Notes: generated by a model from the sequence alone, not told the origin. A stretch of DNA of 64,000 nucleotides from Methylobacteriaceae bacterium (GCA_020638195.1 JACKJC010000004.1:413403-477402); one strand, 5' to 3'; positions 37,798 to 49,500 are shown, counted from the stretch's first letter. Translations and numbers: made by a program.

Positions 37798-39339
37798 TTA
37801 CACCCCAGTGAATTGTCTACTTAGAATTTGTAGTTTTCTCTGCGAGGCATAGTCGCGGCAGAACAATGCAAACTGCTCTTCCCGTCCGGAAAATTTTTGG
37901 TCATCGCCTTCACCAAAGCGCGCCACATCCCACACGCGACACCCTGATGCGGCGCTGATCTTTAGCTTGGGTCCGATGGCGGAGGCCCGAGCGTCCCAAT
38001 ATACAAAGGCGGTTAGGTAGTCGGAAGTCCCAAGCTTCAGCGATATCGGAGAAGCGAAGATACATTTATTTTTTCCAATTTTTCCCTCGACGTTCGAATC
38101 AAAAGTGTATGTGATTGAAGTCTTGAGCTTAGAGTCGCATAGTGACATCACGCCCAATTCATCGCCTTGTTCGAATAATGTCGTGTATGGAAGCTCGATA
38201 GGCTTTGACCAGCCGATAGCTGATAGAAATGTCGAAACGATACCAGCACGCTTTGACAGCTCTTCAAAGAGCCTATTCCTGCCAACCCGTACCCCGCTAA
38301 CACGAGCAAAATTTTTCCCGTCAACGGCAAAATTGACGGTTAGACTGCCTCTTGAAGCAGCGACAATAAATTTCAGCGAACTGGCGAGCTCCGTAATCTC
38401 ATATTTTTTGTTTGGCTCCACTTCTGCAGTGAAAGCCACACTATCGTTACGCATCGTGACATTCAAAAGTGGATTGAACAATCGGGCTTTGCGAAGTTCG
38501 AACGGAAGATTGCTAAGCGGCGGAACAACAACATGCATTTGCAGCCGATCACCCGCTTTTCGGCCGGAATGCCAATGCATATCACACATCCGAGACGAGG
38601 TCGGTGTAATTTTCAAAACCCCCGCCGAGAATTTTTCTACGCTGAGCGGTATTCCAAATCGAAGCGAGGAAATTTCAATCCCCTCTACTTTTAAATCGCC
38701 GAGACCAAGCGTTGCATCTATAAAATCAGAGACCGGTACGGCACCACTCAGTGAAAATTGGAATGCACCGCTTTCATAACCTACGGTGCGAAGCCATTCC
38801 GCTTTCTTCGCAGAATAGGCTGAAGCATCCGTGCCTATGATACTCTTGACAGCGTCTGCGAGCGGCGATCCTAGTAGCACTTCCTCCGCCGCATCGGCGA
38901 CAAAGACCATGGACTGACGGTGAAGATTAGCGCCCCCCAACGCTTCACTCTGCCGGACTTTCTTCAGCGTCTGCGCAATCCACTCAAGTCCAAAGTGGCA
39001 CAAATACATTTTCGTCGGGGCGTTGGAGCCACCAAATTCATAAATAACAACGAATGCAGGAAGGATTGTTTGAGTCAGATGCAAAAAATTACTTAATTTC
39101 ATCGAAAGGCGGCGATCATCGAAATTATCGGTCGCCTTGATCTGGCAAAGAATTTTTAATGGTGGTGGCTGGGAGTCGAGGAACACTGCGGGAAGCTGAT
39201 TCCGCGGAAATTCAACAAACCAATCCCATCCCCTCTCATCATGCTTAGGAGGGGTGGCGGACAAATGAGAGTCTAAGCATTGCCTCTCGAAGAAATTCTC
39301 CCCGAGTCTCCCCAACTGCCTTGTTCTATCTTCGGCCAT
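37798..39339 (-). CDS. orphan low-GC protein: DUF4365-like PD-(D/E)xK N-terminal domain plus unrecognised ~390-aa C-terminal domain
   Basis: 513-aa ORF spanning the only strongly AT-rich block in the window. The N-terminus GRLGENFFERQC...HDERGWDWFVEFP...LCQIKAT...LPAFVVIYEF fits the DUF4365 pattern (E..G...D.G.D..vE...Q.K...P..vv.y). Confidence 0.8.
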   Translation of the reverse strand: MAEDRTRQLGRLGENFFERQCLDSHLSATPPKHDERGWDWFVEFPRNQLPAVFLDSQPPPLKILCQIKATDNFDDRRLSMKLSNFLHLTQTILPAFVVIYEFGGSNAPTKMYLCHFGLEWIAQTLKKVRQSEALGGANLHRQSMVFVADAAEEVLLGSPLADAVKSIIGTDASAYSAKKAEWLRTVGYESGAFQFSLSGAVPVSDFIDATLGLGDLKVEGIEISSLRFGIPLSVEKFSAGVLKITPTSSRMCDMHWHSGRKAGDRLQMHVVVPPLSNLPFELRKARLFNPLLNVTMRNDSVAFTAEVEPNKKYEITELASSLKFIVAASRGSLTVNFAVDGKNFARVSGVRVGRNRLFEELSKRAGIVSTFLSAIGWSKPIELPYTTLFEQGDELGVMSLCDSKLKTSITYTFDSNVEGKIGKNKCIFASPISLKLGTSDYLTAFVYWDARASAIGPKLKISAASGCRVWDVARFGEGDDQKFSGREEQFALFCRDYASQRKLQILSRQFTGV

Positions 39340-39379
39340 CGATCAAATCCGCGAATCGATGGCCGATTATAATTCCGAC

Positions 39380-41395
<2,016 letters not shown>

Positions 41396-41460
41396 TGGAA
41401 ACATAGACTTGCCACCGGTCCGCTTCAAGCGTAGCCCGGCGCCAGCTTTTCAGAGGGCCC

Positions 41461-42408
41461 ATGCACGATCACGCGCACGACCACGATCACGACCATTCCA
41501 CCCATGGACACGCGCACAGCCATTCACACGCGCCAGCCGATTTCGGCCGCGCTTTCCTGATAGGCATCGCGCTCAACACCGGCTTCGTCGGCGTCGAGGC
41601 GCTCTACGGCGTCCTCTCCAATTCCATGGCCCTGCTGGCCGACGCCGGGCACAATCTCAGCGACGTGCTTGGCCTCGCCGTCGCATGGCTCGCCCATAGC
41701 CTCGGCAAGCGCCCGCCGAGCGAGCGCTTCACCTACGGCCTGCGCGGCTCGACCATTCTGGCGGCCCTGTTCAACGCGGTTCTGCTGCTCGTCACCGTTG
41801 GCGGCCTGGGCTGGGAGGCGATCCAGCGTTTGAGCCGCCCCGAGCCCGTGGCCTCCGGAACGATGATGGTGGTGGCGGCCATCGGCATCGCCGTCAACGC
41901 CGGCACGGCCCTGCTCTTTGCTTCGGGCCGCAAGAGCGACCTCAATATCCGTGGCGCCTATCTCCACATGGCGGCCGACGCCGGCGTGTCGGTCGGCGTC
42001 GTGCTGGCCGCCATCGTCATCCGCTACACGGACTGGCTCTGGCTGGACCCGGTCGCGAGCCTCCTGATCAACGCCGTCATCGTCTGGGGCGCCTGGGGAC
42101 TGTTGCGCGAGGGAACGCGCATGTCGCTCGCAGCCGTCCCGCAGCACATCGACCCCACGGCCGTCCGCGATTTCCTGCGCGCGCGCCCTGGCGTCGTCGC
42201 CCTGCACGACCTGCATATCTGGCCGATGAGCACGACAGAGGTGGCGCTCACGGGCCATCTGGTGATCCCGAAAGGCCACCCCGGCGACGCCTTTCTTCAC
42301 GAGACAGCGCAGGAATTGAACGCGCGCTTCGGCGTGCAGCACGCCACGCTTCAGATCGAGACCGATCCGAAAGTCGTCTGCCCACTGGAGTCGGACGCTG
42401 TGGTTTGA
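41461..42408 (+). CDS. cation diffusion facilitator (CzcD/ZitB-type) metal efflux transporter
   Basis: His-rich N-terminus MHDHAHDHDHDHSTHGHAHSHSH. CDF motifs (LLADAGHNLSDV, HMAADAGVSVGV) and a C-terminal cytoplasmic domain. Confidence 0.9.
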   Translation: MHDHAHDHDHDHSTHGHAHSHSHAPADFGRAFLIGIALNTGFVGVEALYGVLSNSMALLADAGHNLSDVLGLAVAWLAHSLGKRPPSERFTYGLRGSTILAALFNAVLLLVTVGGLGWEAIQRLSRPEPVASGTMMVVAAIGIAVNAGTALLFASGRKSDLNIRGAYLHMAADAGVSVGVVLAAIVIRYTDWLWLDPVASLLINAVIVWGAWGLLREGTRMSLAAVPQHIDPTAVRDFLRARPGVVALHDLHIWPMSTTEVALTGHLVIPKGHPGDAFLHETAQELNARFGVQHATLQIETDPKVVCPLESDAVV

Positions 42409-42489
42409 GCACACGCGCCTGACAAAAGGGTCTTTTCCCGAAAGCCATATGATGTTTATGTCGGACAATTCAAAATTCGGGAGGAACGG

Positions 42490-42978
42490 ATGACGGCGAC
42501 CCCATTCAATGCTGCGCGGCCCAAGACGAGCCTCGCCGAGATCGAGGCGAGCGTCGGCAAGGAGGTCGGGGTTTCGAAGTGGTTCACGATCGATCAGGCG
42601 CTGATCACCGCCTTCGGCAAGCTGACCCAGGACGAATATTTCATCCACATGGACCCGGTTCGCGCCGCCAAGGAGACGCCCTTCGGCGGCTCCATCGCAC
42701 ACGGCTTCCTCACGCTCTCCATGATGTCGGCGATGGCCTATGACGCGCTGCCGGAAGTCGAGGGCCGCACGATGGGCATGAACTACGGCTTCGACAAGAT
42801 CCGCTTTCTCTCGCCCGTACCGGCCGGCTCGAAGGTGCGCGGCCATTTCGTAATCTCGGCGGTGGAAAAGAAGTCGCCGCAGCAGGTCGTCGTGCGCTAC
42901 GGCATTTCGGTGGAGATCGAGGGCAAGCCGAAGCCAGCGCTCGCCGCCGAATGGCTGACGGTGGCGTTTTTCGGATAA
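42490..42978 (+). CDS. MaoC-like (R)-specific enoyl-CoA hydratase/dehydratase
   Basis: Hot-dog fold motif YFIHMDPVRAAKETPFGGSIAHGFLT. Confidence 0.85.
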   Translation: MTATPFNAARPKTSLAEIEASVGKEVGVSKWFTIDQALITAFGKLTQDEYFIHMDPVRAAKETPFGGSIAHGFLTLSMMSAMAYDALPEVEGRTMGMNYGFDKIRFLSPVPAGSKVRGHFVISAVEKKSPQQVVVRYGISVEIEGKPKPALAAEWLTVAFFG

Positions 42979-42987
42979 TCCCGCTCC

Positions 42988-43081
42988 CTCATCCTGAGGC
43001 GCGATCCGCAGGATCGCGCCTCGAAGGATAGCCGCGGCGAACATCCTTCGAGACGGCGTCTTCGACGCCTCCTCAGGATGA
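42988..43081. repeat. compound palindromic REP-like element (tcatcctgagg ... cctcaggatga)
   Basis: Outer 11-bp inverted repeat enclosing nested hairpins gcgcgatcc/ggatcgcgc, tcgaaggat/atccttcga and gacggcgtc/gacgcc. Confidence 0.65.
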
Positions 43082-43120
43082 AGTATGTTGATGAAATCAG
43101 GGCGTGAGGACCCATCAGAA

Positions 43121-44041
43121 ATGACAATCTCCTTCAAGGACCGCGTCGCCATCGTCACCGGCGCCGGCAATGGCCTCGGTCGCTCGCATGCGCTGGCGCT
43201 CGCCGCGCGCGGCGCCAAGGTCGTCGTCAACGATTTCGGCGGCGCGCGCGACGGTTCGGGCGGCTCGTCGGAAGCCGCCGACAAGGTCGTCGTCGAGATC
43301 AAGGCGGCCGGCGGCGAAGCCATGGCCGCGCCCTGCAGCGTCACCGACGAAAAGGGCGTCGCCGACATGGTGCGCAGCGCCATGGAAAAGTGGGGCCGCA
43401 TCGACATCCTCATCAACAACGCCGGCATCCTGCGCGACAAGACTTTCTCCAAGATGGAGATCGCAGACTTCCGGCTGGTTCTCGACGTGCATCTGATGGG
43501 CTCGGTCATCTGCACCAAGGCCGTGTGGGACATCATGCGCGCGCAGAACTACGGCCGCATCGTGCTGACCGCGTCGTCTTCGGGCATCTACGGCAATTTC
43601 GGCCAGGCCAATTACGGCGCGGCCAAGATGGCCATGGTCGGCCTGATGAACGTGCTCTGCCAGGAAGGCGCGAAGAACAACATCCATGTCAACACGCTTG
43701 CGCCGACGGCGGCGACCCGCATGACGGAGGAGCTTCTGCCCAAGCAGGCGCTCGACCTCATGCGCCCGGAACTGATCACGCCAGGGGTGCTCTATCTCGT
43801 CAGTGAGGAAGGTCCGACGCGCTATATCATGGGCGCGGGCGCTGGCGCCTTCGCGCGCACGATCATCTACGAGACCGACGGCCTCTACATCGACGATCCC
43901 ACGCCCGAAAAGGTCGCCGCGCATTTCGCCGAAATCGGCGATCCCGCGAAGCAGGAAGCATTGCAGAACGCCTTCCAGCAGACCAACAAATATGTCGGCA
44001 AGGCCGCGGCCGCGAAGGGCGTGGCGCTGAACAAGGGCTGA
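43121..44041 (+). CDS. SDR-family 3-hydroxyacyl-CoA dehydrogenase-like (MFE-2 N-terminal-domain type)
   Basis: AIVTGAGNGLGRSHAL...VVNDFGG...NNAGILRD...YGAAKMA. Start at MTISFKDR. Confidence 0.85.
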   Translation: MTISFKDRVAIVTGAGNGLGRSHALALAARGAKVVVNDFGGARDGSGGSSEAADKVVVEIKAAGGEAMAAPCSVTDEKGVADMVRSAMEKWGRIDILINNAGILRDKTFSKMEIADFRLVLDVHLMGSVICTKAVWDIMRAQNYGRIVLTASSSGIYGNFGQANYGAAKMAMVGLMNVLCQEGAKNNIHVNTLAPTAATRMTEELLPKQALDLMRPELITPGVLYLVSEEGPTRYIMGAGAGAFARTIIYETDGLYIDDPTPEKVAAHFAEIGDPAKQEALQNAFQQTNKYVGKAAAAKGVALNKG

Positions 44042-44069
44042 GCGTTTCGCGCGCCGCTCATCATTGGAC

Positions 44070-44153
44070 GTCATTGCGAGCGAAGCGAAGCAATCCATCC
44101 ATCGGCTTTTCCGTAGGGATGGATTGCTTCGTCGCTTCGCTCCTCGCAATGAC
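44070..44153. repeat. long palindromic REP element (gtcattgcgagcgaagcgaagcaatcc family)
   Basis: About 30-bp imperfect inverted arms around a central loop. It shares the gtcattgcgag/ctcgcaatgac ends with the hairpin at 52831-52862. Confidence 0.7.
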
Positions 44154-44168
44154 GGTGAGGAGAAGCAA

Positions 44169-45200
44169 GTGTCTCTCGACGTCAAAACCCTCGACGAACC
44201 CCGTCTCGCCGCCTGGCTCGAGAAAAACCTCGACGGGTTCAAGGGCCCGCTGAAAGCGACCAAGTTTGGCGACGGCCAATCGAACCCGACATTCCTGATC
44301 GAGGCCACGAGCGGCGCCTATGTGCTGCGCCGCAAGCCGCCGGGCGTGCTGCTGAAATCCGCGCATGCCGTCGACCGCGAATTCCGCGTGCAGAAGGCGC
44401 TAGCCGACACCGGCGTGCCGGTCGCGAAAATGTATCTGCTCTGCGAGGACGACAGCGTCATCGGCACGGCCTTCTACATCATGCAGCGCCTCGTCGGCCG
44501 CATCTTCTGGAAGCCCGACCTGCCGGAAGTTTCCCGCGAGGAACGTGCGAAAATCTATGACGAGATGAACCGGGCGCTCGCCGCGCTCACCGCGCTCGAT
44601 CCGGCCAAGGTGGGCTTGTCCGACTTCGGCCGACCCGGCTCCTATTTCGAACGCCAATTCAAGCGCTGGACCGACCAGTACCGGGCCTCCGAAACCGGAA
44701 CGATCGCGGCCATGGACGACCTCATCGCCTGGCTCGGCGGCAATACGCCGGCCGACGACGGTCGCGTCTCCATCGTCCACGGCGACTACCGCCTCGACAA
44801 CATGATCTTCCATCCGACCGAGCCGCGCCTGCTCGCCGTGCTCGACTGGGAATTGTCGACGCTCGGCCACCCCTTCGCCGATATCTCCTACCAGTGCATG
44901 CAGTGGCGCACGGATTCGAAGAGCATCTTCTCCGGCCTCGGCGGCCTCGATCGCAAGGCGATCGGCGTACCGACCGAGGAAGAATATGTCGAAGCCTTCT
45001 GCAAGCGCGCGGGGCTGTCGGGCATCCCCAACTGGGATTTCTACATCGCCTTCAACTTCTTCCGACTGGCGGCAATCATCCAGGGCGTGAAAAAGCGCGC
45101 GCTCGACGGCAACGGCTCCAATCCCGAGCGCGGGCTGGCCATGGGCGAGATGGTGCCGGTGCTGGCGAAAGCGGGGCTGGAGACCATCGGCAAGGCGTGA
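44169..45200 (+). CDS. aminoglycoside-phosphotransferase-fold kinase (ACAD10/11-N-terminal / LvaA-like)
   Basis: QSNPTFLI...YVLRRKP...VHGDYRLDNMIF...VLDWELSTLGHPFADI. GTG start at 44169 downstream of GGTGAGGAG. The upstream part of the ORF is the REP element. Confidence 0.8.
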   Translation: MSLDVKTLDEPRLAAWLEKNLDGFKGPLKATKFGDGQSNPTFLIEATSGAYVLRRKPPGVLLKSAHAVDREFRVQKALADTGVPVAKMYLLCEDDSVIGTAFYIMQRLVGRIFWKPDLPEVSREERAKIYDEMNRALAALTALDPAKVGLSDFGRPGSYFERQFKRWTDQYRASETGTIAAMDDLIAWLGGNTPADDGRVSIVHGDYRLDNMIFHPTEPRLLAVLDWELSTLGHPFADISYQCMQWRTDSKSIFSGLGGLDRKAIGVPTEEEYVEAFCKRAGLSGIPNWDFYIAFNFFRLAAIIQGVKKRALDGNGSNPERGLAMGEMVPVLAKAGLETIGKA

Positions 45201-45338
45201 GGCCTGCCGACTTGTTTTCGTAGCGCGGCGGTCTATGTTGCACCGCATAACATTCGCGCGACTGAATGGGGTCGCCTACGCCTGACGGCGCAGGGGCCCC
45301 TTTGTCGCGCTTCCTCGACTTCGGCGGCCGCATCACGC

Positions 45339-46511
45339 ATGAAACGCGCAATTGTCATCGTCCTGGCTCTGGTCATCCTGCTCGGCGCGGCCGGCGGGCT
45401 CGGTTATTTCCAGATGGTCATGAAGCCGGCCATGATCAAAGGCTTCATCCAGAAGGCCGGCCAGCCGACGAGTTCCGTCGCCGCCACACAGGCCAAGACC
45501 GAAACCTGGACGCCGACGCTCACCGCCATTGGCTCGCTGCGCGCCACGCAGGGCGTCGAGATCGCCCCGCAGGTCGGCGGCGTCGTGCGCGCCATCAAGT
45601 TCGAATCCTCGCAGGACATTCAGAAGGGGGCCCTGCTCGTCGAAATCGACGATTCGACCGAGCAGGCCGACCTCAAGGCCAATCAGGCCGCGCTGCGCAA
45701 TGCGCAGGCGACCCTCGATCGCCAGTCCAAGCTCGTTTCGGGCGGCAATACCACACAGGCGAGCCTCGATCAGGCGACCGCGACGCGCGACCAGGCGGCG
45801 GCCGCCGTCGAACGCACCAAGGCGATCATCGCGCAGAAGCGCATCGTCGCGCCCTTTGACGGTCGCCTCGGCATCCGCCGCATCGACATCGGCCAATACG
45901 TCTCCCCCGGCACGCCGCTGGTGACGCTGCAGAAGCTCGATCCGATCTACGTCGACTTCCAGGCGCCCGAGCAATATTTCGCGCGCCTGGCCGTCGGCCA
46001 GACGATCACGCTGACTGTCGACGCCTTCGGCGGCAAGACGTTCAACGGCAAGGTCAAGTTCCTCGACGCGCGCATTTCCACCGACACACGCAATTTCCTT
46101 GTGCGCGGCGAAATCCAGAACGACGAAAAGAAATTACTGCCCGGCATGTTCGCCAATGTCTCCGTGTCCGCAGGCTCGCCGCGCGAAGTCGTCACGCTGC
46201 CGCGCACGGCGGTCGTCTATTCGCTCTACGGCGACAGCGTTTACGTACTGAAGACGCCCGCGCCGAAACCGGGCGAAGCGCAGGCGGCGCAGCCGCAAGC
46301 GGGTGTGAAGCCGTCCGACACGCTCTACGAGGTCGAGCGCCGTTTCGTGCGCGTCGGCGAGACGCATGGCGACCGCGTCGAGATCGCCGACGGCGTGAAG
46401 GCGGGAGAGACCGTCGTCTCGGAGGGACAGGTCAAGCTATTTCCCGGCATGCGCGTGCGCATCGACCCGAAGGCGGGCCTTCCGCCGATGAACCCCATGC
46501 CGAAGCTGTGA
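45339..46511 (+). CDS. RND efflux periplasmic adaptor (membrane fusion protein)
   Basis: N-terminal TM/lipobox-like region, a lipoyl/hairpin region (VEIAPQVGGVV...KGALLVEIDD), and FVRVG...GLKAGETVV at the C-terminus. Confidence 0.9.
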   Translation: MKRAIVIVLALVILLGAAGGLGYFQMVMKPAMIKGFIQKAGQPTSSVAATQAKTETWTPTLTAIGSLRATQGVEIAPQVGGVVRAIKFESSQDIQKGALLVEIDDSTEQADLKANQAALRNAQATLDRQSKLVSGGNTTQASLDQATATRDQAAAAVERTKAIIAQKRIVAPFDGRLGIRRIDIGQYVSPGTPLVTLQKLDPIYVDFQAPEQYFARLAVGQTITLTVDAFGGKTFNGKVKFLDARISTDTRNFLVRGEIQNDEKKLLPGMFANVSVSAGSPREVVTLPRTAVVYSLYGDSVYVLKTPAPKPGEAQAAQPQAGVKPSDTLYEVERRFVRVGETHGDRVEIADGVKAGETVVSEGQVKLFPGMRVRIDPKAGLPPMNPMPKL

Positions 46512-46521
46512 GGCCAGACGC

Positions 46522-49500
46522 GTGGGCTCGTTCACCGACCTCTTCATCCGCCGCCCGGTTCTGGCGACCGTCGTCAGCCTGCTGATCCTGCTTGTCGGCG
46601 CGCAGGCGGGCTTCAAGCTGCAAATCCGTCAATACCCGGAACTGTCGCAGACCACGATCACCATCACGACGACCTATCCCGGCGCCAACGCCGACCTCAT
46701 CAAGGGCTTCATCACCACGCCGCTCGAACAGGCCGTGGCGAGCACCGAGGGCATAGACACGCTGGTCGCAAGCTCCCAGCAGAACGTCTCAACCATCACG
46801 CTCAATATGCGCCTGAACGCGAGCCCCGATCGCGCGGTGGCCGACGTTCTTTCCAAGATCCAGCAGGTGAAGAGCCAGCTGCCGCGCGAGGCGCAGGACC
46901 CGGTCGTCGTCAAGAAGACCGGTCAAGGCTATGCGCTCCTCTACATGTCCTTCAATTCGGATGTGCTCTCCAGCGCGCAGATCACCGACTATCTGAATCG
47001 TGTCGTACAGCCGAAGTTGCAGACCCTCGATGGCGTCGCGGAAGCCCAGATTCTCGGCGGCCAGACCTTCGCCATGCGCATCTGGCTCGACCCGACCAAG
47101 ATGGCCGCGCGCGGCGTCACAGCGAGCGACGTCAGCCGGGCGCTCGCGGCCAACAATTTCACTGCCGCCGCCGGCCAGATCAAATCGGACTACACGCAGA
47201 CTTCGATCAACGCCCTCACCTCGCTCGACAGCGCCAGCGCTTTCGCACAGCTCGTGGTCGTCGCGCGCGGCGACGCGCTCGTGCGCCTCGGCGACATCGC
47301 CCGTGTCGAACTCGGACCGCAGAGCGCGGATTCCTCCTCCGTCTTCGACGGACTGAAGGCGGTGTTCATCGGTATCTATGCGACGCCGACGGCCAATCCG
47401 CTCACCGTGATTGATGAGGTCCGCAAGGCCTTCCCGAGCGTGCAGCGGGAATTGCCGGCCGGCATCCATGCCGCCATCGCCTATGACGCGACCGAATTCA
47501 TCCGCGCCTCGATCTGGGAGGTCGCCAAGACGCTCGGCGAGGCCGCGCTCATCGTCGTCGTCGTTATCTTCCTCTTCCTCGGCAATCTCCGCTCGACCCT
47601 CATCCCCATCGTCACCATCCCGCTCTCGCTGATCGGCGTGATGATGTTCCTGCTGGCGATGGGCTATTCCATTAATCTGCTCACGCTGCTCGCTTTCGTG
47701 CTGGCGATCGGCCTCGTGGTCGACGACGCGATCGTGGTCGTCGAAAACATCTGGCGCCACATCGAAGACGGCATGACGCCGCGCGACGCGGCGCTGACCG
47801 GCGCGCGCGAGATCGCCGGCCCCGTCATCTCGATGACGATTACGCTCGCCGCCGTCTATGCGCCGATCGGCTTCGTCTCAGGGCTCACCGGCGCCCTGTT
47901 CCGCGAATTCGCCTTCACGCTGGCGGGCTCCGTCATCGTCTCGGGCGTCATCGCGCTCACGCTCTCGCCGATGATGTGCTCGAAGCTGCTCAAGGCCCAC
48001 GCGCCGGGCGAGAGCGGCGGCTTCTCCGCCTGGCTCGACCGGCGCTTCGACGCGCTGCGCAATCGCTATGAGCGGCGGCTACACAAGACGCTCAACTTCC
48101 GCGCGCTGACGGTGACGATCCTCGTGGGCGTGCTCGCGATCACTGCCGTCATGTTCGTCACGACTCCAAAGGAGCTCGCGCCGGAAGAGGATCAGGGCAT
48201 TCTCCTGTCCATCCTCAAGACGCCGCAATCGGGCAATCTCGACTATACGGAAGCGGCCACGCAAAAATTGTGGCAGATCGTCGAGACGATCCCCGAACGC
48301 GCGCACCTCTTCGTCATCAACGGCTTCGCCGGCGTGCATCAGGCCTTCGCGGGCATCCTGCTGAAGCCCTGGGACCAGCGCTCGCGCACGCAGAAGCAGA
48401 TCCTGCAGAACGAATTGCAGGCCAAGCTCGCGACTATTCCGAGCGCATCCGTCTTCGCCTTCTCGCCGCCGCCGCTACCGGGCTCCACCGGCGGCCCGCC
48501 GATGCAATTCGTCATCCGCACGACCGGCGATTACCAGCGTCTCGCGCAGGTAGCGGCGGAAATGCAGAAGGCCGCGACCGCCAGCGGCATGTTTATCTTC
48601 ACCGACATCGACCTGAAGTTCGACACGCCGCAGCTCGAGTTCAAGATCGACGCCGCCAAGGCCAATCGACTCGGCTGGTCGATGCAGGAGATCGGCGGCG
48701 CGCTCGCCACCATGCTCGGCGGCAATTACGTCAATCGCTTCAATCTCTACGGCCGCTCCTACCAGGTCATCCCGCAGGCGCCGCGCGACTTCCGCGACGC
48801 CAAGGACTGGCTGACGCGCTATCAGCTTCGCACCTCCTCCGGCGAACTGGCGCCACTCTCGACGGTGGCAACCGTACAGCAGACCGTGCAGCCCAACAGC
48901 CTCAGCGAGTTCCAGCAGCTGAGCTCCGCGACCCTGTCGGGCGTGCCCTATCCCGGCCGTACGCTGGGCGAGGCCATCGACTTCCTCACCGCCAAGTCGA
49001 AGGAAATCTTCCCCGAGGGCTATACCTACGACTTCCAGGGCGACGCGCGGCAATACGTGCAGGAATCGAACGCGCTCACCATCACCTTCGTCTTCGCGCT
49101 GATCGTGATCTTCCTCGTGCTCGCCGCGCAATTCGAGAGCTTCCGCGATCCCTTCATCATCCTGATCGCCTTGCCGACGTCGATGTTCGGCGCGCTCCTG
49201 CCGCTCAACCTGATGAGCGTGATGGGATTGGCGAGCCTCAACATCTATTCGCAGATCGGTCTCGTCACGCTGATCGGACTCATCTCCAAGCACGGCATCC
49301 TCATGACGGAATTCGCCAACCGCATGCAGGAGGAGCAGCACATGAGCCGCCGCGAGGCGATCGAGCATGCCGCCGGCGTACGCCTGCGCCCGATCCTGAT
49401 GACGACGGCCGCGATGGTGGTCGGCGTCGTGCCGCTGGTGACGGCCTCGGGCGCCGGCGCGCAGAGCCGCATCGCCATCGGCATCGTGATCGCGGCCGGC

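Noticed and set aside
37798-39339. Possibility that the low-GC block is an IS element, prophage remnant or integron cassette.
   Set aside because: I found no transposase- or integrase-like ORF, no terminal inverted repeats, no attC-like site that I can recognise, and no flanking tRNA. The AT-rich block is filled by one uninterrupted 513-aa ORF. It is therefore treated as an acquired gene of unknown mobility rather than as a mobile element.
41524-43536. 670-aa minus-strand ORF.
   Set aside because: It runs antisense across three well-supported plus-strand genes (CDF transporter, MaoC dehydratase, SDR) and a REP element. It has no recognisable domains.
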